Part shown: positions 1-9,189 of the stretch, one piece after another | How positions within the stretch are numbered: position 1 is the stretch's first letter | Layout: the number at the start of each line of letters is the position of its first letter | From: a virus | Virus genome (UHGV): UHGV-0232937 | Reading direction: 5' to 3' (one strand) | Length of the DNA: 64,000 bases | Program-made: the position numbers and the translations under genes | Notes under the pieces: generated by a model | What the model was told of the DNA's origin: nothing | Databases searched by the model: none | The model's input: the letters and a program-made list of their open reading frames with translations, nothing else

Positions 1-1740
1 CAACCATTCACCAGCCGCCTCACCAAAGCGCTGTTTAAGCCCTTCTGCGTTGCGTAAACCAATCGCGTTATCACGGAAGAACTTCATTACCTTCTGACGG
101 CCTTTCAGGATTTCCAGACGGACGTTATCAGCAACAAATTCCTTACCAGAAATACCGCGAGTCATCGAACGGTTAACCAGAGGCAGAGAGGTAAAGTCAA
201 CCAGTACAGACATACGGTCTTCACCAATTTTAGCCAGCGGTTTGATAGTCAGACCAGAAGCACGTAAGTTTTTCAGAGTCGGAATATCGGTTTCCAGCGG
301 AAGTACCTTAACGTTCACGATACCATCTTTAACAATGGTAAAGTTACGCACTTGTTTGGTTTCTACTTTTTCCGGCAATCCAAACTCTTTTTGTTTGCTT
401 TCCGGAATGGTTACATAACCTTGCAGATCCGTATTGATGGAAATGTTCGGACGGGAACTGTTACCCACCAGGTGTTTCACTGCAACTTTCGTTGTGGTTT
501 GGGTAAATTCCGGTTTCCATACTTCATGCGCTACCAGTTGCGCCGCCAGTGCTTTACGTTCTTCCGGAGTAGAAGCGTTTGCAATCTGTTCTGACAGTTT
601 ATCCAGAGTATCATCATCTTTCTGGACAGTCTGACGGCCTGTACGATTGTACGCCCAGTGTTCAGAAGACAGGTCGATCACGGTGTCGGTTTCTGCCAAC
701 AGTTCGAGAGCATCAACCAAAGTAAACGCGTTTTCATCAGGAACCATGTTGTAGTCAACACCATCCATCAGACGTTTAGCCGGATCAACAACCGCTTCGG
801 AGATCATATCTTTAGCGTTGGAATAATCCTGTTTGGTAAAGCAGTTATCGTATGCTTTAATCAGACGCACATCACCCAGTTTTTTCAGAACTTTCCATGC
901 CAGATCTGGATTCATGGTATGAAGCGCATGATACAGAACCACATACAGAACCTGTTCGCCTTCTGCTGTTGCCGGATCGAAGCCGTCAACGTCATTGATC
1001 GCGTTTTCACCCAGCGCCCAAATGTTTTTGATATGTTCCGGAACCAGAACAACACCATTTGCAGCATTCAGGACATACACACGGCCTTCATCCAGGTAGA
1101 TCGCATGGGTTGCATCGCCAACTTTGACTTCAACACGTGCGGAGGTTTGCGCGGTAATGATTTCATCAAATGCAGGTACATACGCATCAAACCCTTCAAC
1201 GAATTTGTGTAATGCGTTGGTTGCTTCCGCCATTTTTTCCAGCAGAGGACGGTTTACATAATAACCATATTCCAGGAAAGCAATGTTGTTAAACGTCAAC
1301 GGCAGAGTAGAACACGCTTTCAGGATATCATCAGTACGCCAGCAGTTATCATAACCATCAGTCAGGAAGATCAGACTGTTCAGATTGCCATTATCCGCTT
1401 GCAGATCGGTAGCGACTTCAACCGCCAGTTGCAGAGGTTCAACGAAGCCAGTACATCCGGTCGGACGCAGATAACGATCGATAGCATCATTGATTTTGCT
1501 CAGGTCGGATACAGAGCTAACCTTTTCGCCAACGAATACAGAACCGAACTGACCACGGCTGGAGAAATACAGAATAGATACGGTATCATCCTGTTTAACC
1601 AGCGTTGCCAGGTTGTTTTTCAGGTGCTGACGAATGCGCGGGAGTTCGTTATACATCGATCCGGATACGTCACAAACAAAAACGTGGTTAGTCGGGGTTG
1701 GTTTGGCTACGGCGTTTTTGAATTCAATGTTAGTGATCAT
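1..1740 (-). CDS. von Willebrand factor A (vWA) domain protein, C-terminus runs off the window edge
   Basis: Missing from the ORF track because it is open at the edge. Translated by hand from ATG 1740: MITNIEFKNAVAKPTPTNHVFVCDVSGSMYNE...TGCTGF...LIFLTDGYDN, i.e. MIDAS DxSxS plus T plus LTDG. Frame checked at both ends. Confidence 0.85.
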   Translation of the reverse strand, partial: MITNIEFKNAVAKPTPTNHVFVCDVSGSMYNELPRIRQHLKNNLATLVKQDDTVSILYFSSRGQFGSVFVGEKVSSVSDLSKINDAIDRYLRPTGCTGFVEPLQLAVEVATDLQADNGNLNSLIFLTDGYDNCWRTDDILKACSTLPLTFNNIAFLEYGYYVNRPLLEKMAEATNALHKFVEGFDAYVPAFDEIITAQTSARVEVKVGDATHAIYLDEGRVYVLNAANGVVLVPEHIKNIWALGENAINDVDGFDPATAEGEQVLYVVLYHALHTMNPDLAWKVLKKLGDVRLIKAYDNCFTKQDYSNAKDMISEAVVDPAKRLMDGVDYNMVPDENAFTLVDALELLAETDTVIDLSSEHWAYNRTGRQTVQKDDDTLDKLSEQIANASTPEERKALAAQLVAHEVWKPEFTQTTTKVAVKHLVGNSSRPNISINTDLQGYVTIPESKQKEFGLPEKVETKQVRNFTIVKDGIVNVKVLPLETDIPTLKNLRASGLTIKPLAKIGEDRMSVLVDFTSLPLVNRSMTRGISGKEFVADNVRLEILKGRQKVMKFFRDNAIGLRNAEGLKQRFGEAAGEWL

Positions 1741-1747
1741 AATTTTC

Positions 1748-2068
1748 TCATTTATAGGTAAATTTGATTAAAATTTCGTTTACTTTTTTGCTAATTATAT
1801 CTAATGCATCATCGCATCCAAACTTACTACTCAACAATGAAACAAAATCATCCATCGTTGTTGTTTGAGACTCGCCAACGTCAAAAGACAGAGCGTAGGC
1901 AACAGGATTTTTAATCCTTACGATTTGAATAGTATACTCATTCAGGTCAAACCGTTCAAGATATTTTCGCAAAGAAAATAAATCAATCGGTACTGGTAGA
2001 GTTTGACTAAACGTTATTTCTTCCCCCAGTTGATAGGGGGGCATTTTTACACAGATTTCGTATTCCAT
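1748..2068 (-). CDS. hypothetical protein (AT-rich)
   Basis: 106-aa ORF, start overlaps the upstream stop (TGATG). Confidence 0.6.
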   Translation of the reverse strand: MEYEICVKMPPYQLGEEITFSQTLPVPIDLFSLRKYLERFDLNEYTIQIVRIKNPVAYALSFDVGESQTTTMDDFVSLLSSKFGCDDALDIISKKVNEILIKFTYK

Positions 2069-2583
2069 CAGTGATGACTCTTCATAGTGTGTTCCAGATT
2101 ACGGAAAATTTGCCCGTGTTCAAGCTGGGATTGGAATTCTCCGCATTCATCAGAGTAAGTAAATTCATAAATGAATACACCGTCCTGATTGCCAAATTTA
2201 GAGTTGTACTCTTCATACAACCACATCTTGATCAGAGCGTCTTTCTCTTCTGTTTCCAGATCATACCAGTCACGCCCATCATAAGCAAGCGCAATTTGAG
2301 GATTAGACCGATATCGAGTTTCGGCGCTATCTTCGGTTTCCCATTCATAACGCTTATCATCATAGTATGATTCGAAGCTATTTCCCATATGACCGCCCAG
2401 GTCGCGGTGTACCTGCTGTACAACTTCTTCCGCTGTCGGGCAAGTCATCCAGCTATAACCACAGTTAGGAACACAGTCACCCATCATTTCGCGGAGATTG
2501 TTGATATCAGTCGGATCCTTCGGGAACCGTACAATAAAGCTACTTGATGAACTATTGCTCACAAAACCAGAACGGATTTTCAT
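2068..2583 (-). CDS. protein with N-terminal MKIRxGFVSNSSSSSF motif
   Basis: Start at MKIRSGFVSNSSSSSFIV with a GGGAG RBS upstream. This motif recurs in uncharacterised phage proteins. Confidence 0.8.
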   Translation of the reverse strand: MKIRSGFVSNSSSSSFIVRFPKDPTDINNLREMMGDCVPNCGYSWMTCPTAEEVVQQVHRDLGGHMGNSFESYYDDKRYEWETEDSAETRYRSNPQIALAYDGRDWYDLETEEKDALIKMWLYEEYNSKFGNQDGVFIYEFTYSDECGEFQSQLEHGQIFRNLEHTMKSHH

Positions 2584-2822
2584 TATAATTTCTCCCACTC
2601 AAACGTTGTGAAATGTTTTCTTTCGTCATACCCAACAGTACAACAATGTGTTGGCTTTCCTGTGAATCCATCAAACACAGTTATACAATAGTAATGCAAA
2701 GATGGAAGCGGTGTATGCTTAATGTAGTTGATCGCGACGTTCAGGTCAACAGTAGAACATACACAATCAGACGTTTGATCAAAACGGCCATCAAAAATCA
2801 TCTCAATGCTATAGATGTTCAT
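2583..2822 (-). CDS. hypothetical protein
   Basis: 79-aa ORF in the operon with overlapping start/stop. Confidence 0.6.
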   Translation of the reverse strand: MNIYSIEMIFDGRFDQTSDCVCSTVDLNVAINYIKHTPLPSLHYYCITVFDGFTGKPTHCCTVGYDERKHFTTFEWEKL

Positions 2823-3102
2823 CTTTCACTTCCTTCATATTTTTCATAACTTCTTCAAAAGTTACGGGGATTTCGTTGTACTGTAGTGATTCATCATCCC
2901 ATACATCGCGATGCCCGAATGTTGAACTTTTTGCAATGAGTTTTTCATTTTCCCATACATCAATAGTAACATGATCACCAAGATAAGGGAAATTAGGAAC
3001 TTTGTTCAGCACATCAACACAGTTTTGTAATGATTCAGAAACATGAACAATTTCAGTGAATTCATAATCAGCACTATAAGAAGCTACGTAAATCATCACC
3101 AC
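2809..3102 (-). CDS. hypothetical protein
   Basis: 97-aa ORF, operon packing. Confidence 0.6.
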   Translation of the reverse strand: MVMIYVASYSADYEFTEIVHVSESLQNCVDVLNKVPNFPYLGDHVTIDVWENEKLIAKSSTFGHRDVWDDESLQYNEIPVTFEEVMKNMKEVKDEHL

Positions 3103-3263
3103 CCCCTAACGATGCTAATCAACAGTAAACCCAGGATCCAGAACACAGCAACCGCACAAATACGGGCCATTACTACATTTCCGCGACTAGTCCACTCCGC
3201 ACTAAGGAACAAGAGAACAAACGTTAACGCGTATAAAACCATTTCAATAACTTCGGTAATCAT
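3096..3263 (-). CDS. small membrane protein
   Basis: GAGG RBS before MITEVIEMV. Two hydrophobic stretches. Confidence 0.55.
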   Translation of the reverse strand: MITEVIEMVLYALTFVLLFLSAEWTSRGNVVMARICAVAVFWILGLLLISIVRGW

Positions 3264-3270
3264 ATAAACC

Positions 3271-3474
3271 TCACTGAACATAACGATTGTAGTTGATGTG
3301 CCACATGAGACTAGACACAACATCGGAAACAATCAAAAGGAACAAACCAGCAATCATTATCAAAAGGATAACTAACCAAGTGGTTCCGATATTTTGTTTT
3401 AACGACAATAGCAAACACATAATACTGACAAAAGCAAGGAAAGAAATAACAAGCATCACGATTGAAGGGGCCAT
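3271..3474 (-). CDS. small membrane protein
   Basis: GAGG RBS before MAPSIVMLV. Two TM-like segments. Confidence 0.55.
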   Translation of the reverse strand: MAPSIVMLVISFLAFVSIMCLLLSLKQNIGTTWLVILLIMIAGLFLLIVSDVVSSLMWHINYNRYVQ

Positions 3475-3489
3475 AATATAAACCTCACG

Positions 3490-3510
3490 AAAAAGCCCCA
3501 AAAGGGGCTT
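3490..3510 (-). terminator. intrinsic terminator
   Basis: AAGCCCC-TTTT-GGGGCTTTTT on the - strand. Confidence 0.75.
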
Positions 3511-3516
3511 GATTAA

Positions 3517-3795
3517 TCAATGTCCGAACACACCACGAATAGACTCTGCGAATGCATACAGTTCAGGATTTTTAGCTTTTACTGTTTCGATTTGCTCCAG
3601 AATGTAATCTGGCTTGTATTTCGCACCGAACCAGCAGTAAGAGAAAGAGCGATCCCACATGAACACGTTATAGTATTCACCGTTACGAACTTCAACCATC
3701 ACATAACCAGGATTAGAACCCAGCGGATAATCTTTCAGAAGATTGAATTTCGCGCCAGCACCAGTACATCCGTTAAACAGGTCATTAAAAGTCAT
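3517..3795 (-). CDS. early hypothetical protein
   Basis: 92 aa, AAGGA RBS, directly downstream of an early promoter. Confidence 0.7.
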   Translation of the reverse strand: MTFNDLFNGCTGAGAKFNLLKDYPLGSNPGYVMVEVRNGEYYNVFMWDRSFSYCWFGAKYKPDYILEQIETVKAKNPELYAFAESIRGVFGH

Positions 3796-3832
3796 GGTGT
3801 GTTCCTTTTGTCAGTTTCGTTTCAACAAGGTC

Positions 3833-3861
3833 ACTATACTATTCTTCGTTAGCCTATGCAA
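3833..3861 (-). promoter_or_regulatory. sigma70-like early promoter
   Basis: TTGCAT-17bp-TATAGT followed by a GAAACGAAAC leader. Confidence 0.75.
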
Positions 3862-4765
3862 GCGCTTTTTTGATTTGTTTTGCAATTGCTTCGATCACCG
3901 GAACAGATACAGAGTTACCAGCTTGTTTGTACGCCTGTGTTTTGCTCTTATGCATCTTGAATGAATCCGGAAATCCTTGCAACCGGAAACACTCGCGAGG
4001 TGATAACATTCGAGGGTTCTTACCTTCCTGCAATACCAGACATTGAACACCATCCTTATAGTATTGGGCTGTTATCGTCCCAGTACACACAGAATCCACC
4101 ATAACGGCCTGATAACCAAACCCCTTGCCGTTTGCCTTGTTTCGTTCTTTACGCTCTCTAAAGCCCTTCCAGGCACGATCTGATATGGTGTATTGATCAT
4201 TATCCGGTTCGAGAATGTCACCGACCCTTGTTGGGGTACGTGGAGGAACAGGAAAACTAAAGAACACTGGATCGCGAAAGCAGACAATAAACACACGCTC
4301 TCTTCGTTGAGGCAATCCAAAATCTTTTGTATTCATTACCTGATAATGGATATCGTATCCTTCGTCCTGTAACAGCCTGTAGATGGTTTTAAACGTGTTT
4401 CCCTTGTCATGGGTTAATAGCTGGGGAACATTCTCAAAGAACAGCACAGAGGGCTTTTTAGCCCGTATAATGCGGAGTATTTCAAAGATGATAGTACCGC
4501 GAGGATCTAACATGCCCTGTTTTAAACCTGCTTTACTGAACGCCTGACAAGGAAACCCAGCTAACAGGATATCATGATCAGGCACATCATTTTCATCAAT
4601 GGCGAATATATCACCCTGAATATTTTCATCGCCCCAGTTATCAGCATATGTTTGTTGTGCATGTTTATCGATTTCAGACGTTAAAAGGCATTCGACCCCG
4701 CCGAATGCCTTATCGAAACCGAGCCTCACGCCACCAACACCAGCGCAAAGGTCAATTATTTTCAT
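3854..4765 (-). CDS. dcm: C5 DNA cytosine methyltransferase, Dcm-like
   Basis: Motifs DLCAGVGG, GFPCQAFS (catalytic PC), ENV, PQRRER, QAGNSV. The TRD TITAQYYKDG resembles E. coli Dcm. Confidence 0.92.
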   Translation of the reverse strand: MKIIDLCAGVGGVRLGFDKAFGGVECLLTSEIDKHAQQTYADNWGDENIQGDIFAIDENDVPDHDILLAGFPCQAFSKAGLKQGMLDPRGTIIFEILRIIRAKKPSVLFFENVPQLLTHDKGNTFKTIYRLLQDEGYDIHYQVMNTKDFGLPQRRERVFIVCFRDPVFFSFPVPPRTPTRVGDILEPDNDQYTISDRAWKGFRERKERNKANGKGFGYQAVMVDSVCTGTITAQYYKDGVQCLVLQEGKNPRMLSPRECFRLQGFPDSFKMHKSKTQAYKQAGNSVSVPVIEAIAKQIKKALA

Positions 4766-5019
4766 ACGTCGAAATCAACCTCATCGATTTTGTATGATTC
4801 TTCGCCAATATCAGCCCATAGCTGAATATTCACGCTTTTCGCATCACGATAAAGAGATTGACCACAAAGCCCACCTGTATAACAAGTTTCTGTAATCTCG
4901 TTAACTTCCAGGCGGAGGCTATTGCGCATAATTTTAACAACAGCCTTTTCCATTGCAGAATCCAGGGTTTTAGTATCACCCAATACTACATCTTTAACGT
5001 TCAAAATAACATCACTCAT
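4762..5019 (-). CDS. hypothetical protein
   Basis: ORF coupled to neighbours. Confidence 0.6.
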   Translation of the reverse strand: MSDVILNVKDVVLGDTKTLDSAMEKAVVKIMRNSLRLEVNEITETCYTGGLCGQSLYRDAKSVNIQLWADIGEESYKIDEVDFDV

Positions 5020-5264
5020 TATCGCCACTCCGTTTCAATTCCGTGTTTGTATGCGTCAACGCCCAGAGGGGTGATCACTAAACACATATCAGTATTTTTC
5101 GTTGGCGAACTAAACGCCATTGATGCGTAACCTTTTTGAATCAGGGAATCACGCCCTGATTTACTGGGAACATCGTTGAAATCCAAATCCAACATTTTTG
5201 ACGAGTATCCGTAAAGTTTACACAGAACATCAATTTCAGCGCCAGATAATTTCGGATATGTCAT
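5019..5264 (-). CDS. hypothetical protein (possible winged helix)
   Basis: 81 aa, ...LIQKGYA...VITPLG pattern. Confidence 0.6.
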   Translation of the reverse strand: MTYPKLSGAEIDVLCKLYGYSSKMLDLDFNDVPSKSGRDSLIQKGYASMAFSSPTKNTDMCLVITPLGVDAYKHGIETEWR

Positions 5265-6259
5265 TTGTAGTACCTCACAACATGTTCAGAATACACACGT
5301 TCAATGAAATCATTCCAGAAATCGCGATCAACTTCTTTCGGATAACCAGATACAGCCGCCAGCTTTTCAACTTCACACATCGTTGATTCTAGCGCCTCTT
5401 GTACGGTTGCGAAAGGAACACCGCCAGCTTTAACCATTTTCAAAAATGCACTATCCGGAAGAGGATATACAATATCACCTTCTTTGAAAATCTGGATCAA
5501 TTGCATACCACCGCGCAACGCATGAGAAAGAGCTTTCCAGTCGATCCCGTTGTTGGCTTCTGCTTGCCGTGCTCGTTCCCCGTATTCATCCCAGAGTTTA
5601 TACACGGATTTTTTCATTTCCGCTACGGTGATCGTAGACTGGAATTTACGCCCCAGAACTTCATAAAATTCCTGACAACCTGATTTCAGTGTTTTGTCTG
5701 TAACGAATCGACAAAACTCGTTGGTCGGGAATGTATGAGACACTTCACCGACTTTAACACGATGAGTTGCATCGCCAAGATTAGAAGGAAGACGAACCAA
5801 TTTTTCATTTTGTGTGTCATTCAACACATCGACAACTTCACGCAGTGCAGCCAGGCGAGAACCTTTAACACCATACTTCGCCGCTTGCTTACGAACATAA
5901 CCAAACAGGCCAGTGAGTTCCGTAGTGTAGAAGCGTGAACGGTTAGCGCGGAGATATTGCCAGATATCAGAGTTAGCGATCAGTTTGCTATCATCTGCAT
6001 GAAGCATATCAATCGCCACGGTGTCACCATCACATGCGAGGCTGATAAACTTTTGCAGACTGTAAATCTGACGATCTACGTCATTAACACCGTTCTTTGA
6101 GTTTTTATCGCCAGTTGATGTATCAATAGACTTCTTCGCAGTGCCTAACAGGATTTCGCGAGGATGAGGGAGATAGATCCCTTTGTAGTCTTTATCGCTT
6201 GTTGGTGTTTCCAGTCCGTACAGGTGAGAACCGAATACGGTTTCCATAATCATTTTCAT
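5261..6259 (-). CDS. nrdC.11: Pol-beta-superfamily nucleotidyltransferase (RlaP / T4 NrdC.11-like)
   Basis: GSHLYGLETPTSDKDYKG (GS...DxD) and DWKALSHALR motifs. Confidence 0.85.
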   Translation of the reverse strand: MKMIMETVFGSHLYGLETPTSDKDYKGIYLPHPREILLGTAKKSIDTSTGDKNSKNGVNDVDRQIYSLQKFISLACDGDTVAIDMLHADDSKLIANSDIWQYLRANRSRFYTTELTGLFGYVRKQAAKYGVKGSRLAALREVVDVLNDTQNEKLVRLPSNLGDATHRVKVGEVSHTFPTNEFCRFVTDKTLKSGCQEFYEVLGRKFQSTITVAEMKKSVYKLWDEYGERARQAEANNGIDWKALSHALRGGMQLIQIFKEGDIVYPLPDSAFLKMVKAGGVPFATVQEALESTMCEVEKLAAVSGYPKEVDRDFWNDFIERVYSEHVVRYYK

Positions 6260-6636
6260 CAGAATTCAACCTTTAATGTTTTTGCGATCCCGCGCAATTC
6301 AGCGGTAGTAATATCCGGAATGTTTGTTCCGTAGCTATTCCCAAATACTTTTTTAATCTTATCACACAAATCGCGGCGATACACCATTTCTTTGTATTCT
6401 TCTTCGCTACGATACAGTTGATAACCCATCCACCCCTCAGCCCACCCGGAATTGCGCTTGATTTTAATATTAGTACAACAATCAGACCCATCTTCCGGTC
6501 GGAAAGATGCATACAGGTACTGACGCGCAACTTTTTGTACGTAAAGGGTTTTGGGGTTGCGATTTTGTCGCTGGTCACTACGGATCCCAGCATCATACAA
6601 CGTATCGCCAACTTTCACATCACTTAAATCAATCAT
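6259..6636 (-). CDS. hypothetical protein (beta-barrel-like, VKVGD motif)
   Basis: 125-aa ORF, coupled. Confidence 0.65.
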   Translation of the reverse strand: MIDLSDVKVGDTLYDAGIRSDQRQNRNPKTLYVQKVARQYLYASFRPEDGSDCCTNIKIKRNSGWAEGWMGYQLYRSEEEYKEMVYRRDLCDKIKKVFGNSYGTNIPDITTAELRGIAKTLKVEF

Positions 6637-6860
6637 TTACGTCTCCAGCAATTAGTTTTTTCGCAGTAATGAACGGGAACAGACACGCCCAACGTTTCTT
6701 TACTGCTTCTGTTGTATGTTATCACAATGAATCGATTTTCGCCACCCCTAACACACTCCAGATCCAAAATCTCGCGGGTTCCTTTCGTGTTCATGTCTGC
6801 AACATAGTATTCTTCGTTGTTGACAATCACTATATCCGACATAATCAAGCGAGGTTTCAT
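6633..6860 (-). CDS. hypothetical protein
   Basis: 75 aa, ATGA overlaps. Confidence 0.55.
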   Translation of the reverse strand: MKPRLIMSDIVIVNNEEYYVADMNTKGTREILDLECVRGGENRFIVITYNRSSKETLGVSVPVHYCEKTNCWRRK

Positions 6861-7468
6861 GCAGCATACACCTCTGATTCATCAATCCATTCCAGATCCT
6901 GATTGAGTGATTCAATCAGCTTTTTATCGCGTCTGGAAATAACAACGGTAGAACCTTTTTCTGCCTTCGCGATGATATCACCAGAAGAAGTGATGTATTC
7001 AACCTCATAATCACGGCGAGGGCTTCCGAGTTTATCACCAGGGACTACATTCCGTTTAACAAATTCATGGGATTTTTCGGTGAATACCAATTCATTCTCT
7101 ACATGGGTAACAATACCATCAACAGCAGAACGAGAATTAATATAAATTTTGCTAATTTCCGCCATGAAAACACTATCTCTCAGATATCGAGCAGTCACTT
7201 TATCTAAACACTGAGAAGACACTTTATCTCCGCCAGGATATACCGAGATAATCATTACATGACCCTGAACACGGGCGGTTCCTACTTTATGCAGAATGTA
7301 AACCGTTGAACCATCAGAATCTTTAGATATCAAGATCACACTGAATGATTCTTTCTTTTCCTTCCGAGTTTCACCACAGGTAAAACTCACATCCAGAAAA
7401 TCACCAACTTTAACGGCACGGGGTTTTGCTACTTGTTCACGAACACTAATAACAGGGATCATAATCAT
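6857..7468 (-). CDS. hypothetical protein
   Basis: 203-aa ORF, ATGA overlaps. Confidence 0.65.
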   Translation of the reverse strand: MIMIPVISVREQVAKPRAVKVGDFLDVSFTCGETRKEKKESFSVILISKDSDGSTVYILHKVGTARVQGHVMIISVYPGGDKVSSQCLDKVTARYLRDSVFMAEISKIYINSRSAVDGIVTHVENELVFTEKSHEFVKRNVVPGDKLGSPRRDYEVEYITSSGDIIAKAEKGSTVVISRRDKKLIESLNQDLEWIDESEVYAA

Positions 7469-7737
7469 TTCCTCACAGTTTCAAATTCTTCATCAGATTT
7501 CCAATACACGTTAAAATTACGACAATCATGATCGGATGTCAACGTGTATTTTTCATTTGTTTTTTCGTCAGTGATAACCATAGTTTCATTCTCGATCGAG
7601 TTAACACCGTAAACGAAAACATTCTCACCACGTTTGTTTAAAAACGCATCACCCTTTTCAATCAACTGCCAACAGGTAACAGGCAAACCACCCGGACTAA
7701 CCGGGCGGGTAACAAGACAATAGGGATGTTTAATCAT
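7465..7737 (-). CDS. hypothetical protein
   Basis: 90 aa, coupled. Confidence 0.6.
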   Translation of the reverse strand: MIKHPYCLVTRPVSPGGLPVTCWQLIEKGDAFLNKRGENVFVYGVNSIENETMVITDEKTNEKYTLTSDHDCRNFNVYWKSDEEFETVRK

Positions 7738-7928
7738 TTAAATTCTTCCATTGCATAGGAAGTAAGATCTTTGAAATACCTTGCGGTGTTGCCTTCTGGG
7801 TTGTTTGTAATCTCCATCAGGATAACAGCACTATCAACTCCTGCTTTCTTAGCCATGAATGAAAGGGCTTCGGTAGCAATAATCGTTGCTTTCATAACAT
7901 CAGCTTTAGAAACGTTGATTGTATTCAT
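7734..7928 (-). CDS. early hypothetical protein
   Basis: AAGGA RBS before MNTINVSK, first gene after a promoter. Confidence 0.65.
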   Translation of the reverse strand: MNTINVSKADVMKATIIATEALSFMAKKAGVDSAVILMEITNNPEGNTARYFKDLTSYAMEEFK

Positions 7929-7965
7929 TTTTTCTTCCTTTTCATTAATCACTTGGTATGTGTGT

Positions 7966-8003
7966 ATAATACAAAAGCCCTCACGAGAACGCAAGGGCTT
8001 TTT
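7966..8003 (-). promoter_or_regulatory. promoter-early-stem-loop (PeSL-like) element
   Basis: AAAAGCCC-TTGCGT...GAGGGCTTTT hairpin containing the -35, then 17 bp to TATTAT. Confidence 0.8.
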
Positions 8004-8004
8004 A

Positions 8005-8106
8005 TTAAATTTCGTATAAATCTGGATTCACAATAACCGCACATAAAAGATCATCTATATGTGCGGCTTCTTGTTCTAAGGTTTGCTTAGATGAATGTGC
8101 TTTCAA
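8005..8106 (-). pseudogene. N-terminal relic of an HNH homing endonuclease (33 codons)
   Basis: TTG-KAHSSKQTLEQEAAHIDDLLCAVIVNPD aligns by eye with the HNH relic N-terminus at 17949. Confidence 0.45.
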
Positions 8107-9164
8107 GCAACCCCCGTAAAGGCGTTTACTATCTGGAAATGATCATCAAAGAATTCCCCTTGTCGTTGCACGACCTCATGCATAGGTAGCCAGAACGCGT
8201 CTGCTGCATCATCAGCACCGCCCATGATACGAGGCAATGAACCATCGTTATTAGGTTCGAGCTTGATATACTGTGCTACAGTCGGTTTTGAGAAGTACAC
8301 CGAACGTTTCGGATGATCGAACAGCATCGAATTACGGATAGAACCACGAATAACCTTTTCAGGTACTTTAATTCGTACTTCTTCCAGCAATTCACGGATC
8401 GCGCAATCAAGGAACGTTTCATTACCGTTTTTGTGTCCACCAGGAAGCGCCAACGCATCTTTACCAGGCGCAAACTTACGACGAATTACTAACACGTTGT
8501 TATTACATACGACCACTGAATCAGCCGTGCAACAGTTCAGAGAATCCGGATACGGATATTTTTTGAACTTGTCAATCTCTCGTTGCCAGTGTGCATCTTC
8601 ATGGGACAAACGCTGGAATTCTTTTGTTTGTGTCCATTCATCGATAAAGGAAACCGTAGTGCTAGGCGCATATTTTAACAAATCTTCGTCCCAGCCTTCA
8701 TGGTGTTCCCAGATAATTTTGCGTAAATTGGTCGAGGATAGATCCTGATCTCCAACCTTCACAGGTTCAACCGGAATATGATTCCATCCGAATGCTTTAA
8801 GCCAGTAAGAATCTTTGTCTTTTTCGTACCCGACGATCGCAATTCGATCATTTCGAGTTTCATCGATTGCCATACGAACACGGGATTTCCATTTTTCCTC
8901 GTTATAGAGATAATCCGGAATGTGCGCGAATTTGATTCTGGCTGCATCTTCAACATCAAGTTTGCAGATAGACCAACGAGTGATCATTGCTTGACGCTGT
9001 TTAGCGGTCAATGGGTTTAATGTGTTCGGATATGCATAAGCAGAACCGATCAGAATGTAAACCGTATCAGCAACAGCAAGGGCTTCCCTTACCATTTTCT
9101 CATGACCATAGTGAAAAGGTTGAAAACGTCCAATTACTACAGCTTTATCATATTTGTGTTTCAT
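8103..9164 (-). CDS. bifunctional NMN adenylyltransferase / ADP-ribose pyrophosphatase (NadM-Nudix, NatV-like)
   Basis: GRFQPFHYGH, SST motif, Nudix box LPGGHKNGNETFLDCAIRELLEE, DDAADA..W and FFDDH. GGAG RBS before MKHKYDK. Confidence 0.92.
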   Translation of the reverse strand: MKHKYDKAVVIGRFQPFHYGHEKMVREALAVADTVYILIGSAYAYPNTLNPLTAKQRQAMITRWSICKLDVEDAARIKFAHIPDYLYNEEKWKSRVRMAIDETRNDRIAIVGYEKDKDSYWLKAFGWNHIPVEPVKVGDQDLSSTNLRKIIWEHHEGWDEDLLKYAPSTTVSFIDEWTQTKEFQRLSHEDAHWQREIDKFKKYPYPDSLNCCTADSVVVCNNNVLVIRRKFAPGKDALALPGGHKNGNETFLDCAIRELLEEVRIKVPEKVIRGSIRNSMLFDHPKRSVYFSKPTVAQYIKLEPNNDGSLPRIMGGADDAADAFWLPMHEVVQRQGEFFDDHFQIVNAFTGVA

Positions 9165-9189
9165 AACGTGCTCCACGTTTAAAGGTTAA

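Noticed and set aside
352..1761. + strand ORFs (80-184 aa)
   Set aside because: Antisense shadows of the vWA gene. No RBS and atypical composition.
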